Assembly: GCA_013239625.1 (NCBI GenBank)
Contig: MU054212.1
Coordinates: 9,782,898 to 9,846,897 of the forward strand
Reading direction: 5' to 3'
DNA: 64,000 nt
Source of the DNA: Lama guanicoe
Taxonomy: Eukaryota
The number at the start of each line of letters is the position of its first letter. The first letter of the stretch is position 1. A program made the translations under genes and the position numbers. The notes beneath the pieces are model-generated. The model worked only from the letters and a program-made list of their open reading frames with translations. It made no database searches and was not told the origin of the DNA. Of this stretch, positions 1 to 11,835 are shown in pieces.

Positions 1-957
1 CCATGGAGATCTGGTGACGCACTTAAGACAGTGGGGCGAGTCAGTGACTGCAGAGAGGGGAGCCCAGCCCTCGGCCCCGACCCCCCCAGCCTGGAAGCCT
101 GATGCGGTCTGCACTGGCTCCCTCCGACCCCCGCACAACCTACAGACGTGGCCTCATAACGTGGGCCTCCCAAAGCCGTGGCCCACTCCCTGGGGCTGGC
201 TGTGTCTCCACACACCCTCGTGCACGTGAAACTCTGCGGGAGGAAGAGGAGGAGGAGCCTCTTGGCCGCGTGAGCTGCGGGCTGCGGGCGGAAGGAGGCG
301 CCCCACCTTGCCAGGTGACTGACTTCCTGGGACTCATACGCTTAGCTTACAACCAAGGCAGACACGGCTCGATGTGGCCCTGTGCGGCTCAGCCGCTGCG
401 GGCCTGGAACTGTCCCCCAGCAGGACTGGCTGATGCAGCCGGTCACAGTCCTCAGCCTGGTGATCCTGACCACTCAGCGCCCCCTCCTCCCCGCGTCGAA
501 TTCACCCTCACATCTCCCGCTCTGCACTCAGTTATCACCACCTCCATCGTCACTGTCATCTGAGTCCCCAAACTGTCATCTCCCGAACCAGATCTATGCT
601 GGTTCTCAGAGCCAGAAGAAAAGCTGAATTCAGACCCACACCCTTTGGAGTTTGGGAGATTTCACCCAGGCTGGACTGAGCCGGGCCTGTGCGTGCTCTG
701 AAGACCTGTGAGGCTTGGTCGGGCAAGGTGGGGCCTCCATTCACGAGAGGGAGTCCCTGGGCGGTCCTGGGGTGGGTGGGGGTGTCTTCAGCATAAGAGC
801 GGCCCAGGTGCTGACTACCTGTGGCCTTCATCACTGAGGCAGGAAGGCTGGTTCCTGGTCAGGCCTGTAGAAGAGGACGTGGTTCCTGTGTCTGCTAAAG
901 GATGTCAAAATTGCAGTCTTTGGGGACCGTTTCAGACTACTCTCTTCACTCTGACCT

Positions 958-981
958 CACACACACACACACACACACACA
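958..981. repeat. (CA)n microsatellite
   Basis: Direct reading. Confidence 0.95.
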
Positions 982-1829
982 GACTGGCAGGTGCTCTTTC
1001 TATTGGTTGGCTGTAGGGGTTTGGGGGATGAACCCCAGAGGTGGTGACAGATGGAGAGTCCCCCTCCCTTTGCCATCTCCAAAAGGAAACGACTTAAAGC
1101 ACACCCATTTAATGTCACCAACCAGGCTCAGGCTCATCTGGGGAGAAACCGCTTTAATTCAACCACAGGTGCCACCTTCAAGGATGGGCCTGGTTCCGGG
1201 AGGGCCATGAGATTTCTCTTGCTCCCCCAAGCATGCCCCCGTGAGTTGCCTGGGTAGCTCTCCCACCTGGCGTCCCCTAGTGGGCGCACCCGATGTGGGT
1301 GTGTGAGTGTGCGAATGTCTGTGCCCCGTGCCCAGAGAGCCCCAGGCTCTGAATCCAGAACAGGGGCGGCCACTCTACGGTCGAGGCTGTGCAGTAGTCC
1401 TGGTGCCCTCTGCTGGCCACATCTGAAAACACAGGCAGCCTCCAGCCCGTGTCTGGGCAGGACCTTCCGGGAGACTTCCAGGACAGAGGGGGCTGGCTGG
1501 TCAGGGATGGCTCTGGTCTCTCCCCGTGTGCATCTCTGAGGACCCCACTCTCTGAACTGCGTGTTCAGGGATGGGTTCCCCTTTCCTTCATCTCCCCATG
1601 GGGGAAGGACCTCGTGCCTGCCTCTGGTCTTTCCTAGCCACGTGGTCGTGGGCAAGCCACACCACCTCTCTGGACCTTGTTTTGTTCTCTGCAAGGTCTT
1701 ACCATCCTTCAAAGCTCATTTCAGACGCCAGCTCCTGTCTGTAATCTTTCCCACCCAGGACCCTGCCCCCCTTGGGATGTCTGTCTCATCTTCGGCTGCT
1801 AAGGCCTTGGGCCTCTTTCTCAGGGCCCT

Positions 1830-1945
1830 CAACCCCTTGAGAACAGAGACTCTTTCGTGTCTTTTCTCTTTCTGAATCCCCTGCAGCACCCACCAGCTGG
1901 CTTTACACAGAACAAGCACTCAGCAAATACCTGTTGAAATGATTT
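1830..1945 (+). mobile_element. LINE-2 3' tail fragment
   Basis: ccttgagaacagagac...gcactcagcaaatacctgttgaaatga. Confidence 0.55.
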
Positions 1946-2220
1946 GTATTAAAATGTCTGCCTTGGACCAGAAAATCCCTCAGGTTCCACCCTGGCTCTG
2001 ATTCTTTTTTGTTCCCCTTGTCGTTTGTGGGTGGCTCTCCCCTCCCAGGTGAGACTTCAGGTCCTAGGGGGCAAGGGATGAGGGTGTAACTGCCCTGCTG
2101 CTTCACTGAAGGGAGAAAGCAATTTTGACATTGTAAAACAGCCATGCACGTGGCTCTCCCTTCCAAGCAGTACATCTACAGAGCAAAATAGAAAGATCTG
2201 GGCTGCAAAGAACAGGCTGG

Positions 2221-2341
2221 AGGGGTGGGTGGGCGGGCATAACTCAGTGGTAGAGTGTGTGCTTAGCGTGCACAAGGTCCTGGGTTCAATCCCCAGTACC
2301 TCTATCAAAAACAGTTAAATAAGTAAATTAATTTAAAAAAG
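2221..2341 (+). mobile_element. tRNA-derived SINE (camelid Vic-1-like)
   Basis: A box taactcagtggt, B box gggttcaatccc, A-rich tail; homologous to the three copies at 46.4, 46.6 and 62.3 kb. Confidence 0.85.
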
Positions 2342-2619
2342 AGAACATGGTAAGAAGGCCATCTCCTTCCCCATTTCTACCCTCCTCCTCCGTGTGCACC
2401 TCCCCTCATCTGCACCCCCCCGTCACCGCACCCATCTCTCGCCCACTTTTCTGTCCCCCTCTTGCAGCTTCTCACCAGCTCATTCCCCAGCCCCTGAGCT
2501 GCATGAGTATGAGGCGATCCTCGCGTCTCAGCAGAGTTCTCAGCGTGCTCCCCTACGTGACTCTTCTCCAAGGCTGCCCCAGCACAGCAAACACACTGCC
2601 TCCTGGAAACGGCAGTAAC

Positions 2620-2848
2620 AGCTAACGTTTATTAATAGCTCACAATGTGCCGGGAGCCACGCTGAGAGCTGTGTGAGTATTATCTCACGGAACACTCCTA
2701 ACAACTCTCTGCCATGGCGCTATTATTATCTTTGTTGTATAAAGAGAAGGCTGAGGCACAGAGAAGTTAAGCCACTTGATGAAGGTCACACAGCTTGAGA
2801 AGGGGAGAGCGAGCCTTTGAATCCAGGCAGTTTGATTCTGGAGTCCAG
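2620..2848 (-). mobile_element. MIR SINE
   Basis: ctgaggcacagagaagttaagccacttgatgaaggtcacacagct...tttgaatccaggcagtttga is the reverse-complement MIR core. Confidence 0.8.
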
Positions 2849-2916
2849 GTTCAGAATACTCCTCTGGGCAGCAGGTCTGGGGTGGTGGACAAGGGCTAGG
2901 CACCTCTTGGACGCAT

Positions 2917-2941
2917 ACACACACACACACACACACACACA
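2917..2941. repeat. (CA)n microsatellite
   Basis: Direct reading. Confidence 0.95.
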
Positions 2942-3039
2942 GAGCATGGTGAAGCCCACACCCGCCCATGTCAAGATTCCACACACGCTCATGTGCACCT
3001 GTGATGGTCTCACTGCCTAACCCACTTGCGATATTTGAG

Positions 3040-3220
3040 AATTGTTGTCTGGATAGGGTTTTCTGCCCTGTGGGAGATGTTCTGTGTCTGCACCATCTAG
3101 CATGGTAGCCGCTGGTTACTTGCGGCTAGTGGACACTTGGAATGTGGCTAGCACAACTGAGGAGCTGAACTTTTAATTACATCTCAGTAAATGTATGTGT
3201 AAATAGCCGCATATGGCTGT
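3040..3220. mobile_element. MER3-like hAT-Charlie non-autonomous DNA transposon
   Basis: gatgttctgtgtctgc...ggtagcc...cacttggaatgtggctagcacaactgaggagctgaacttttaatt...aaatagccgcatatggct follows the MER3 consensus as I recall it. Confidence 0.7.
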
Positions 3221-4489
3221 CAGCTGCCCCGGCGACGACGGGATGGTTGGGAGGACGAAGACCCGGGATGCGGTCACACGGGCAGCACAGCCCTCGCACA
3301 TCGGGGTGCTCAGCAAGGGGTGTATTTTTACTGTTTCCGCCCGATCAGTGATGGCACCTGTGCCCTGCTGGTGCATCATCTCTGCGTCTCCTCCCGTCCT
3401 CGGGTCCAGCTACCCATCAATCTTTACAGGGGCTTTTTGAAGACCACCTTCCTGACAGTGAGCTCTGACCCAGGAGTATCCATTATGGTGACAAGGAAGG
3501 AGGGTTTGGCTCTGGGGTGTCCGAGGGGAGCAGTTAGGGGGTGACAGGCCAACGGAGGGCAGCCTGTGTGCATCTCTGAGGACCCCACTCTCAGAGGGGG
3601 GGGGACCTTCACCCCCAATGCTCCCTCGCTCCCGTCCAGCATCCCAGAGCCTCCCAGGTGCCGATGGAATGCCTTCAGCTCTAACTTGTTAGTGTAACAT
3701 CAGCTTATTTCGTTGTGTGTTGCTTTTATTAGTTCTTACTTTAAAAGAGAGGGAAAAGGGCCAGCAGTCTGTCTCAGGCGTTTGGTGGTGGCTCTGGGGG
3801 CCAAATAGGAGTCCCTGCAGGTGCTTCTCTCCCGGGGTTCAGGCTGGTGGGGGCGGCGGGGTGACGGTGTGCAGGCCACAGGGACACGCTTGGTTGGTGG
3901 GGCAGGCGGGGCAGGGAGGCCTCAGCCGCCGCAGAGCAGGGAGGAGGGAGCTGGGCGACCTACATCTCCGCCGTGAATCCGGCTGACTCACCCTGGACAG
4001 TTCCTGCTCTCCCTCCCGGGTGGACTGCAACTGTGGCATCCTGGGAAAGAGATACTCCAAGACAGGGCAGGTGGCAGTGGCCGTGGCAAAAGCCAGAGGG
4101 AGAGCAGCTACAGCACGGGGGGTTGAGGTGGGAGCCTGGGAAGAACAGAGTCCAGCCAGGCTCTGTGAGATGGTACGAGGCGGGGTTGAGGCAGGAGGCA
4201 CAGTCTCCTTTGCTACATTCATTAGTGACAAAGTGAGGGCCAGGGGTGTCTGGCATTGGGGAGCACCTGCTGAGAGACTGGGGAGGGGTGCAGGGAGGAC
4301 GGGGCTCCCAGGACCCCGTCTCAGGCTTCGTGCGTGCCTGACTCGGTGTGCATCACACTGTGCAGGACCTAACTGATGCCCAGACCACACTGGGGAAGAA
4401 CGCTAAGCACATCTATGAAGTCCTGTTCAATCTGTTCTATTATAAATAACTTTTATAAAGTACCACCATACGTGCATGCCTCTCACATT

Positions 4490-5418
4490 TATGCCCCTAG
4501 CCCAGATCTTCACTCAGCTCCAGGATCCTAATCCACCTGCCTTCTGAAGGTCTCCACTGCGACGTCTAATTGGCATCCTACTCTCAGCGTGGCCAAAATG
4601 GAATTTGGGTCTCCCATCCCTGAGACGTGTTCCCTCCCAGTAAGCAGCAGCACCAGCCATCGAGTAGCTTAAATCATACTGGGGCCTCTGCTTTCCCTTC
4701 ACTCCACATCCAATCCAGCAACAAGTCCTGGGGCCCCCTATCTCCCCAACACACCCTGAACCCATCTATTTTTCACACTTTTACTGCCCATCTTAATCCA
4801 CACCCCAATCTTCACTCCCCTGGCCGCCTGCCTCCACGTCTGCTCTCTAATAGCAGTTGGTTCCACACGGCAGCCAGAAAGGTTTTTGTGAAATGTATGT
4901 AAGATCAAACTGTTTCCAGGTTCTTATTACACTTGGAATGCAATTCAGACTCCAACTTGACCTGCTAAGCCTGACACTTCCTTCCCCCAAAACCCCCCTC
5001 CCACCTCCCTCCCCTCACCATCCCCATGATGCTCTTGCACATTGGTTTTTCTCCTGTCCTTTGCATGCACGACGCCTATTCCTGCCTCAGGACCTTTGCA
5101 CCTGCTATCCCCTCTGCCCAAAGTGCTCTCTCCCTCCATCTCTGCTTGGTGTTTGGATCTCAGCTTCACTGTCAGCTCCTGAGGGAGATCCTCCCTGCTC
5201 ACGTGATATAGAACAGCTTCAGTCCCTCATCCATATATTTTAATCTTCAGCATGGCACTTATTTTTATTTTTAATTCATCTTCTAACTCTCATCATAAAC
5301 ATGTAAGCTCCAGGAGAGCCAGGAGTTTATCTGCCTTGGTCATTGCTGTGTCTCTAGCAGCTAGATTCGTGCCTGGCACAGAGTGGGTGATCGATAACTA
5401 TTTGTGAATGAATGAATT
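4490..5418 (+). mobile_element. LINE-2 3' fragment
   Basis: cctcaggacctttgcacctgct, tgtaagctccaggagagc, gtgcctggcacagagtggg and the terminal tgtgaatgaatgaat tail. Confidence 0.8.
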
Positions 5419-5814
5419 ATTTAATCCTGTTGTTTGTCTGAGAAGGCTTTTTGCCTGGGGTAGGAGTGTGAGCTCATGAATGTGTTTCCTGGACTGGCTC
5501 TTGTGTACGAATTGCAAGACTAATTAAACTCATACATATTTGTGGAAATGCAAATATAATTTTATTTACCAATGACTGTAATAAAGGTAAATGCTCCTTA
5601 CTTAAACAAACAATTCACTTTGGGAATAGAGCTGTAAACAGAAGCAATAAATAAACACTCGTTATTGAGTGCTTACTGTGTATCCACTGAACTTCAGGAG
5701 CTGGCTGATCTGATCTTCCATCACGGTGTTTACACGCCAAGACGTTCTCATCCCCGGATGTGGGACTTAACATTCACGGGCACAAGCACTTGTAACCAAG
5801 CCCGTGACCCTCGG

Positions 5815-6030
5815 GGCCCTGCTTGGCATTCGGGCTCTGCCGGTTCCTCACTGTGTGACCTGGGAAGTCACTTAAACTCTCTGTGCCTCTGTTTCCTTGT
5901 CTGCAAAATAAAGATGGAAACTGAACCTTCCTCCCTGGAGAGCTGGGTGTGTTAAATGACACAGCACAGCCGATGCTCGGGTTCGTGCTGAGCACACGGT
6001 AAATGATAAAGGCATGCTAACCGTTTTTCT
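5815..6030 (+). mobile_element. MIR SINE
   Basis: ctgtgtgacctgggaagtcacttaaactctctgtgcctctgtttccttgtctgcaaaat. Confidence 0.8.
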
Positions 6031-7434
6031 CCTATTATTATGTTAGTACCACTCTCCAAGCCTGTTCTATATATTCCCATTTCCACGGAGTCTGAGGTTA
6101 TTCCCAGTTTATAGGCAGGGAGCTCAATGCCCAGGGTCACGGTCTAGTGCTCAGATATTAAAACTCAAGTCTTTGGACTCCAGCTCCAGTGCTCTCTCTA
6201 TAAAACCACCACTGCGCCCTTGTCCTTTTGGGAGAAACTGGTGCTAATGAGGGCCAACCATCACACCCTGTTTCCACTTTAACTCATGACCAAGCCCCAG
6301 TCACAAACTCTTCCATCCCTCCGTGGAGTCCCTCACCATTTCTAGTTGCCTCCAACCCCCATGATGGTCTCTGAGCGACTCCTCAGATACTGCCACACTC
6401 GCACCCCGCCTCCAAGAGTCCCTGATGGTTGTGCGACCGTCACGCTAAATCCAGAATGCATTTGGCCTCACAGGGGATAGACTGTGAAACCGGAAGCGTT
6501 CTCAGAAGTGATCGGTTTCCTCTCCACTCCCAGGTGCGGCAGTGAACATCTGGACAAGCCCAGTGACTTTCTCTGGGGCTCCTGGACAAGAACCCAGACC
6601 CCCATCCACGTCCAAACCCTGGCCACAGGAGCCGGGCATCCCCCCGGCGACCAGGGCACACAGTGGGATCTGCTGCTGGGGGTGGGGGTGGGTTGAATTT
6701 CATTTATGCTTTGGGCATCATTTCCCCCAAGTTTATTTCCTCTCCCGGCTGTGAGCCTCCGCGGGCGGGGACAGTGATTCTTTCTTCCACTTCTCATACA
6801 ACGTGCAGCCCAGGGCCGGGCACGCTGTAGGCAGACGGGCTCCGTCTGTGCTGCTTCTGAGTGAAAACTGTCGGTCAGACCTAAGGAAATCACCGTGACA
6901 GTCACCAGAGCATCTCTGGGAGGTGTGACTGTGGTGTCTTCTCTTCTCTCCTCCTATCTCGTTTATTTTTTCTAGGAGTATTGCTCACAATGGAAAACAT
7001 TTCCAATAAACTTAATATTACAAAAGGAACTGGCCTTGGCTGGGGCCGCAGTGACAGTCCCTCCAGCTGAGGGCAGGGGGCTACCATGGATCTGCGCCTG
7101 ACGTGTGTCCAGCTGGGGCCTGGGAGTCTGTAGGGAGCCCACGGGGGAAGGAGAGGCCGATGGACGCGGGTGGACACCCGCTAGCAGGGGTCCGTGCGGT
7201 GGGTCTGAAGCCCTGGGCGGGAGGCTCAGTGCACTCTCTGTAGAGGGCCAGGCTTCGGTCTGGGGGACGCAGAGGGAAGAGGGCGCACTGGGTGGGGACA
7301 GGCTGAGCAGAGGTTCGGAGATGGACCAGATCTCCCAGGAAACGAGGCGGGAACACAAGGGCAGCGAGGCCAGAGGCGAGCGTCTGGGCTGGAAAACCTA
7401 TCACTGCCTTTTCTTTTTCACTTGTGCTACAGCC

Positions 7435-7655
7435 ACAATTTATCTCAGCCTAACCGTGCTCCAGGCACCATGCCAAACACTCTGCCTAGATTACCGCATT
7501 TCATACTCAAAATAAATCCAATTTAGACAGTTTATGTGTTCCCATTTGCTAGGGGGGAAACTGAGGCTGGCCCAGGAAGCAAAGTGACTTGCCCAAGGTC
7601 ACATATCTTGTCAGCGGAACAGCGGGCATCTGACCTCAGCACTGCCTGCCTCTCA
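7435..7655 (-). mobile_element. MIR SINE
   Basis: gaaactgaggct...aagtgacttgcccaaggtcaca. Confidence 0.7.
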
Positions 7656-7770
7656 GCCCGGGGGCCACCTCCGGAGCCTCCACCTCCCACAGAACAGGGT
7701 TGGAAAGGCTGCCGGAGGTGCTGGGCAGGGCCAGGAATGCTCGGAGCTGAGAATGGAATAGCTTAACCCA

Positions 7771-7955
7771 TGTGTGTGTCTGGGTGTGCCTGTGTGTGGA
7801 CGGGTCTGTGTCTGTGTGTGTACGGGTCTGTGTCTGTGTGTGTACATCTGTGTATGTCTGGATGAGTGTACCTGTGCGTGGGTCTGTGTGTGAGTGTATC
7901 TGTGTGCATCTGGGTGCCCGTGTGTGTGTGTGTGAGGGGGATATTGAGTGTGTGA
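7771..7955. repeat. Degenerate TG-rich simple repeat
   Basis: Interrupted (TG)n and tgtc/tgtg arrays. Confidence 0.8.
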
Positions 7956-8989
7956 GGGCAGGACCCCTTCCTACAGGTGGGGAATATGTGTCTTTCTGGC
8001 AGTTATGACGGCAGCCTGAGGAGGGGTTTTATGGTGTGAGCACGTGGTCGGGAGATCCTTCCCCGGGGGCCCCGAGGCAGGGCACAGGAAGTTAGGAAAT
8101 GCTGGGAAGGGAGGAGGAGGCTGCAGCATCCTGACCATCTGGACTGGGTGCTGACTGACCCCGGGGTGGGGGTCGCCACAGGACAGCTCTGGGGAGCAGG
8201 CACTGGAGACCCCCTGAGCTGTTCTCCAACTGCAGAGTCCCGGCCCATCTTCAGGGAATCCCAAGGTCTGAAGCACAGGCCAGGATCTTTATTTCTCACC
8301 AGATTTCCAGGGCATTTGGATACAGGAGACCTACACTAGGCTGTGGAGGGTCAGGGTCTGGCCTTTGCTGAGGGAAGACAAGGCAGACCTCACCTAAGGG
8401 CTCTGCTCTGTGAGCCGGGGAGAAGCCTGCTGCCTGCACTTCGGGCAAAGTGCAGATGATGACCCTGGATTTGAGCTGAGGGTCGTGCCCTTGGGGTCCT
8501 GCGTGGTGATTCCCTCCAGAGAAGCTAGATCTGTGCCCGAGACCTGAGGTCCCCTGGGGGCAGGTAGGACGGGCTTCCTCCTGGCTGCCTAGGAGCCAAA
8601 AGAGTTCATGCCGGGGCCAGACTTAGGGAGTGCCCGCCCTCATGTCTGCACCCCAGGGGCTGGGCCAGCCTCAAGTGGCCCAGAGATGAGGCAAAGAAGC
8701 AGGGCACCTGCAGCTAGACGTGGGGGCCAGGCTCAGGGACTCTGCGCGTCTGGACAGAAGGACAGAGCCGGGAGGGCAGAGATGTATGCGGCCAGGGAAT
8801 GCTTCTGGGGAGCCCCACCCTGGCCTCCTTCGCGCTGTCCTTCCCTCAGGACTGCTTCCAAGCACTGCCTCTGGCCTTGCTGGTCGGATTTGAGCACCAT
8901 CTGCTCCCACCCAGACGGAGGCAGTGGAGGGAGCCTCTCTCTTCCCATTGCTTCTGCACCTCCCCACCCAGTTCCTTCTCTGTCTCTGC

Positions 8990-9051
8990 CACACACACAC
9001 ACGCACACGCACACACGCACACACACAAGCAGACACACACGCACACACACA
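8990..9051. repeat. Imperfect (CA)/(CG) microsatellite
   Basis: Direct reading. Confidence 0.9.
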
Positions 9052-9626
9052 ACCCTGCGTTTTCCCTTGTCTCCAGGAGGAGCTGGGTGTTTAGGGTTAC
9101 ATTCCGGGGCGTCAAGGTACCCCAATTTCCTCTTCCTCATCTCCCGGGGGAGCTGGGGGCAGAATGTGAGAAAAAGCCACAACGGCCCAGCCACGCACCC
9201 GCGAAAGCAGGGAGGTTTCGGGAGGTCAGTGTCACTCAGCGTCCCACCCCCTCAGGCCGCCCACAGCCACGCGTGTGCAGAGCCCTGCCTCCCCCAGACC
9301 TCTTCCTCGCTCCTCCCCGACACCCTGGCCGGAGGCCCCTCTGAAGACACCCTCCACTGACACACACTTGTGGAGAACCGCCCGAGTGCCCATCCAGGGA
9401 GTCGGACCATCTTTTCTGCCGTTTTGCACAGGCACTTGGTAGAAGCTCTGGTCATAGACTTAACACACAAGCTGTCACTTATAAACTGGCCCGCTCGGGG
9501 CCCATTACAGCCCACACATGCCTGTGTCCACTCAGCACACATGAGCATATATATCCACGCATCGCCTTGCCTGGGCCTCCCCAGCTGTGGTTGCAGTGTG
9601 CTTACAAGGAGGTGGTGTGCGTGCGT

Positions 9627-9635
9627 ACACGCACA

Positions 9636-9672
<37 letters not shown>

Positions 9673-9678
9673 ACACAG
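9627..9678. repeat. (CA)n microsatellite
   Basis: Direct reading. Confidence 0.95.
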
Positions 9679-10376
9679 AGTTCTCCCAGCCACTACAGGG
9701 AAGGGCTCCAGGTCCTCCCAGAACTCTGCTGAGACCCAGAGCTTCAGGATGGGGGCAGAGGTACTCCTGGCATAAGATTCCCCCTTGGCTGGGGGGAAGT
9801 CTCGCTGGATGGCAAGTCCCAGGATGAAGGAGCTTTGCAGCCATGCAAGAAGGAAGATGGAGCCCCCTCTGTACCCTCCCTTCCCTTTCCAGAACCAGGG
9901 CAGAACTCATAGCTCTCCAATACCTGGCATGCACGTACATTAGCACATGTGTCCAAGCACGCTGGACACTCACAGGACACAGTGACACCACACGTAAGGA
10001 GAAAACACGCATCAAATAGGCACACTGTGTGCCAGAAACAAGCCACACCACAGCTGTTCATAGCTGTCTCCCCGCCACGGCCCCCGGAGCTGCCCGCAAA
10101 GCCTCACGGCCCGTCAGCACGTGCGACAGGTCAACACCCACACTACCTCGGACCATGGGCCGCAGCATCTCATGTCCAACACACCCAGCCTGAGCCCGCA
10201 CGTGGCAGGGCAGGCCCACCCCACGGTCCAGGAAAGCCAGTTTCCAAATAGTCTGTCTGTCCTTCAGATGGTGAACATTGAACTCATTCCCCAATCCTCA
10301 GGATTTTATTCTAAAGGAGAGAAAACCATACATTTCACGTTCTCTGATGAGTTTCTTGCTGTGGCTGACCCTTTGC

Positions 10377-10379
<3 letters not shown>

Positions 10380-10417
<38 letters not shown>
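10380..10417. repeat. (TG)n microsatellite
   Basis: Direct reading. Confidence 0.95.
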
Positions 10418-10418
<1 letters not shown>

Positions 10419-11149
10419 CATTCTCTTAATACAGATGCACAGGGCCACTTCGTCTGCCAAGCCTGGGACAAGCGTAGTCCCATGGACCGACAGGAGCCCC
10501 GCAGGCTGGGAACAGGCTTGGGTGGACATCAGAGGACTAAGCGTGGGAAGACTTCCTCCCTTACTCAGAACCACAGGGTGAGGCAGCCTGAGCGCCGGCC
10601 CCCGGGACAGACTGGCTGCAAATCTTCAACTCCACTCCCGTCCCTTCCAGTCACTTTCCTGGAGGCGCCTCTTGAACTCACAGGCCTGGCTTTACCTACA
10701 TGACTCCTGTCTGTGGCCGATGTGGGTGGCTGGTTGTGGGCGGCGGGGAGGGGGTCCTTGGAAGTCCTGCCCCAGATTTCTCCAGGACCTGCCTTGGGTC
10801 TTGGTCAGAGGAGTAGAAATTTGGCCAGGATCCTGCAGGTGGATGCAGAAGGGCCGTGGTAGAGGGAGCGTTCTCAGTTCTCAGCAAACGCCTTCTGTTG
10901 ATTTGCTGATTTCTAATGAGCCTTTGGCCTTGACCTTTGCTGGGCTCTGCACCACGCAGGCACCAGCCAGAGGACTTTTGGCCTCTGGCCTAGGGCTGAA
11001 AGGTGAGTTAAGGAGCCCACTGTGCCTCCTCCCGTTTCCGAGCTGGGCTTCTGCATCCTTTTCTCTAAACCAGCTGCTTTTACTTCTGCTAAGGAGCGAT
11101 GTGGCTAAATTGTGTCCATGCCTTGCGGTTGATTCAGCCTTGTTAAAAG

Positions 11150-11465
11150 GGTGGCGTGTGAGTGTGTGCTTCTGTGTGAGTGTACACAGCCTTGTTTGTG
11201 TGTGTATCTCGAGGTGTGTCTCAGAATGTTCCTACACGTGTGCATCTGTGAAATGTGCTTGTGTGTGTGTATCTGTATTTTTGGGTGTGTGTGCTTGTGT
11301 ACGGGCGTGTCTGTATTTGATGTTGCTGTGTGTGTCCATGAGTACATTTCTTTGTGTCTATACACGTGTGAGTATCTGTGTGCACGGGTGTCTGCCAGAG
11401 GGTGTGTTGGTGTGAGGTATCTCTGTGTGCCTGTAACGTGTCCACGTACACTTGTGTGTACATGT
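11150..11465. repeat. Degenerate TG-rich low-complexity tract
   Basis: About 300 bp of interrupted (TG)n. Confidence 0.8.
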
Positions 11466-11624
11466 TTTCAAGCCTTCGTAAAAGACCGTGTGGAATGATT
11501 TAAGAAAATGTTAGCCTTTAATGTCACAGGGCTTCAGTGTCCCCATCTGTAAAACGAAGGCGATGGAAGAGATGATCTTTTTATTTACTTCCATAAAGGG
11601 AGCTGCAGTCATGGAAATGCAGTG

Positions 11625-11835
11625 GGCTTGAGAATATGACAAATTTGGTTGCAAATTCTGGCTCTGCGTCTCCGTAGCGTGTAAGCTCCGTCGAGTTACT
11701 GCTCTCCGAGCTCCCGTTCCCTTGGCATTCAAAGGGGCACGGTGACATCTCTGTCGCAGTTTTGTCACGAGGACTGAGTGAGATAAAATAAGCGAGAGTC
11801 CTGTGTGTACGCCGTGTAGTAGGTGCTTTGTCAAC
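11625..11835 (+). mobile_element. MIR SINE (decayed)
   Basis: ggttgcaaattctggctctgc...gaggactgagtgagataa...tagtaggtgct. Confidence 0.5.

Noticed and set aside
1270..1283. CTCF-like motif (minus strand CCACTAGGGGACGC)
   Set aside because: Mismatch at a core position; similar partial matches are expected by chance in GC-rich DNA and need ChIP data.
2231..2302. tRNA-like sequence (also at 46.5, 46.65 and 62.4 kb)
   Set aside because: SINE heads with A-rich tails and TSDs; degenerate stems, so not functional tRNA genes.
8608..11498. Long ORFs of 250 aa (8608-9360) and 247 aa (10672-11415) and their neighbours
   Set aside because: Run through CA/TG microsatellites (HTHT, CVCV) in GC-rich intron; no recognisable domain.
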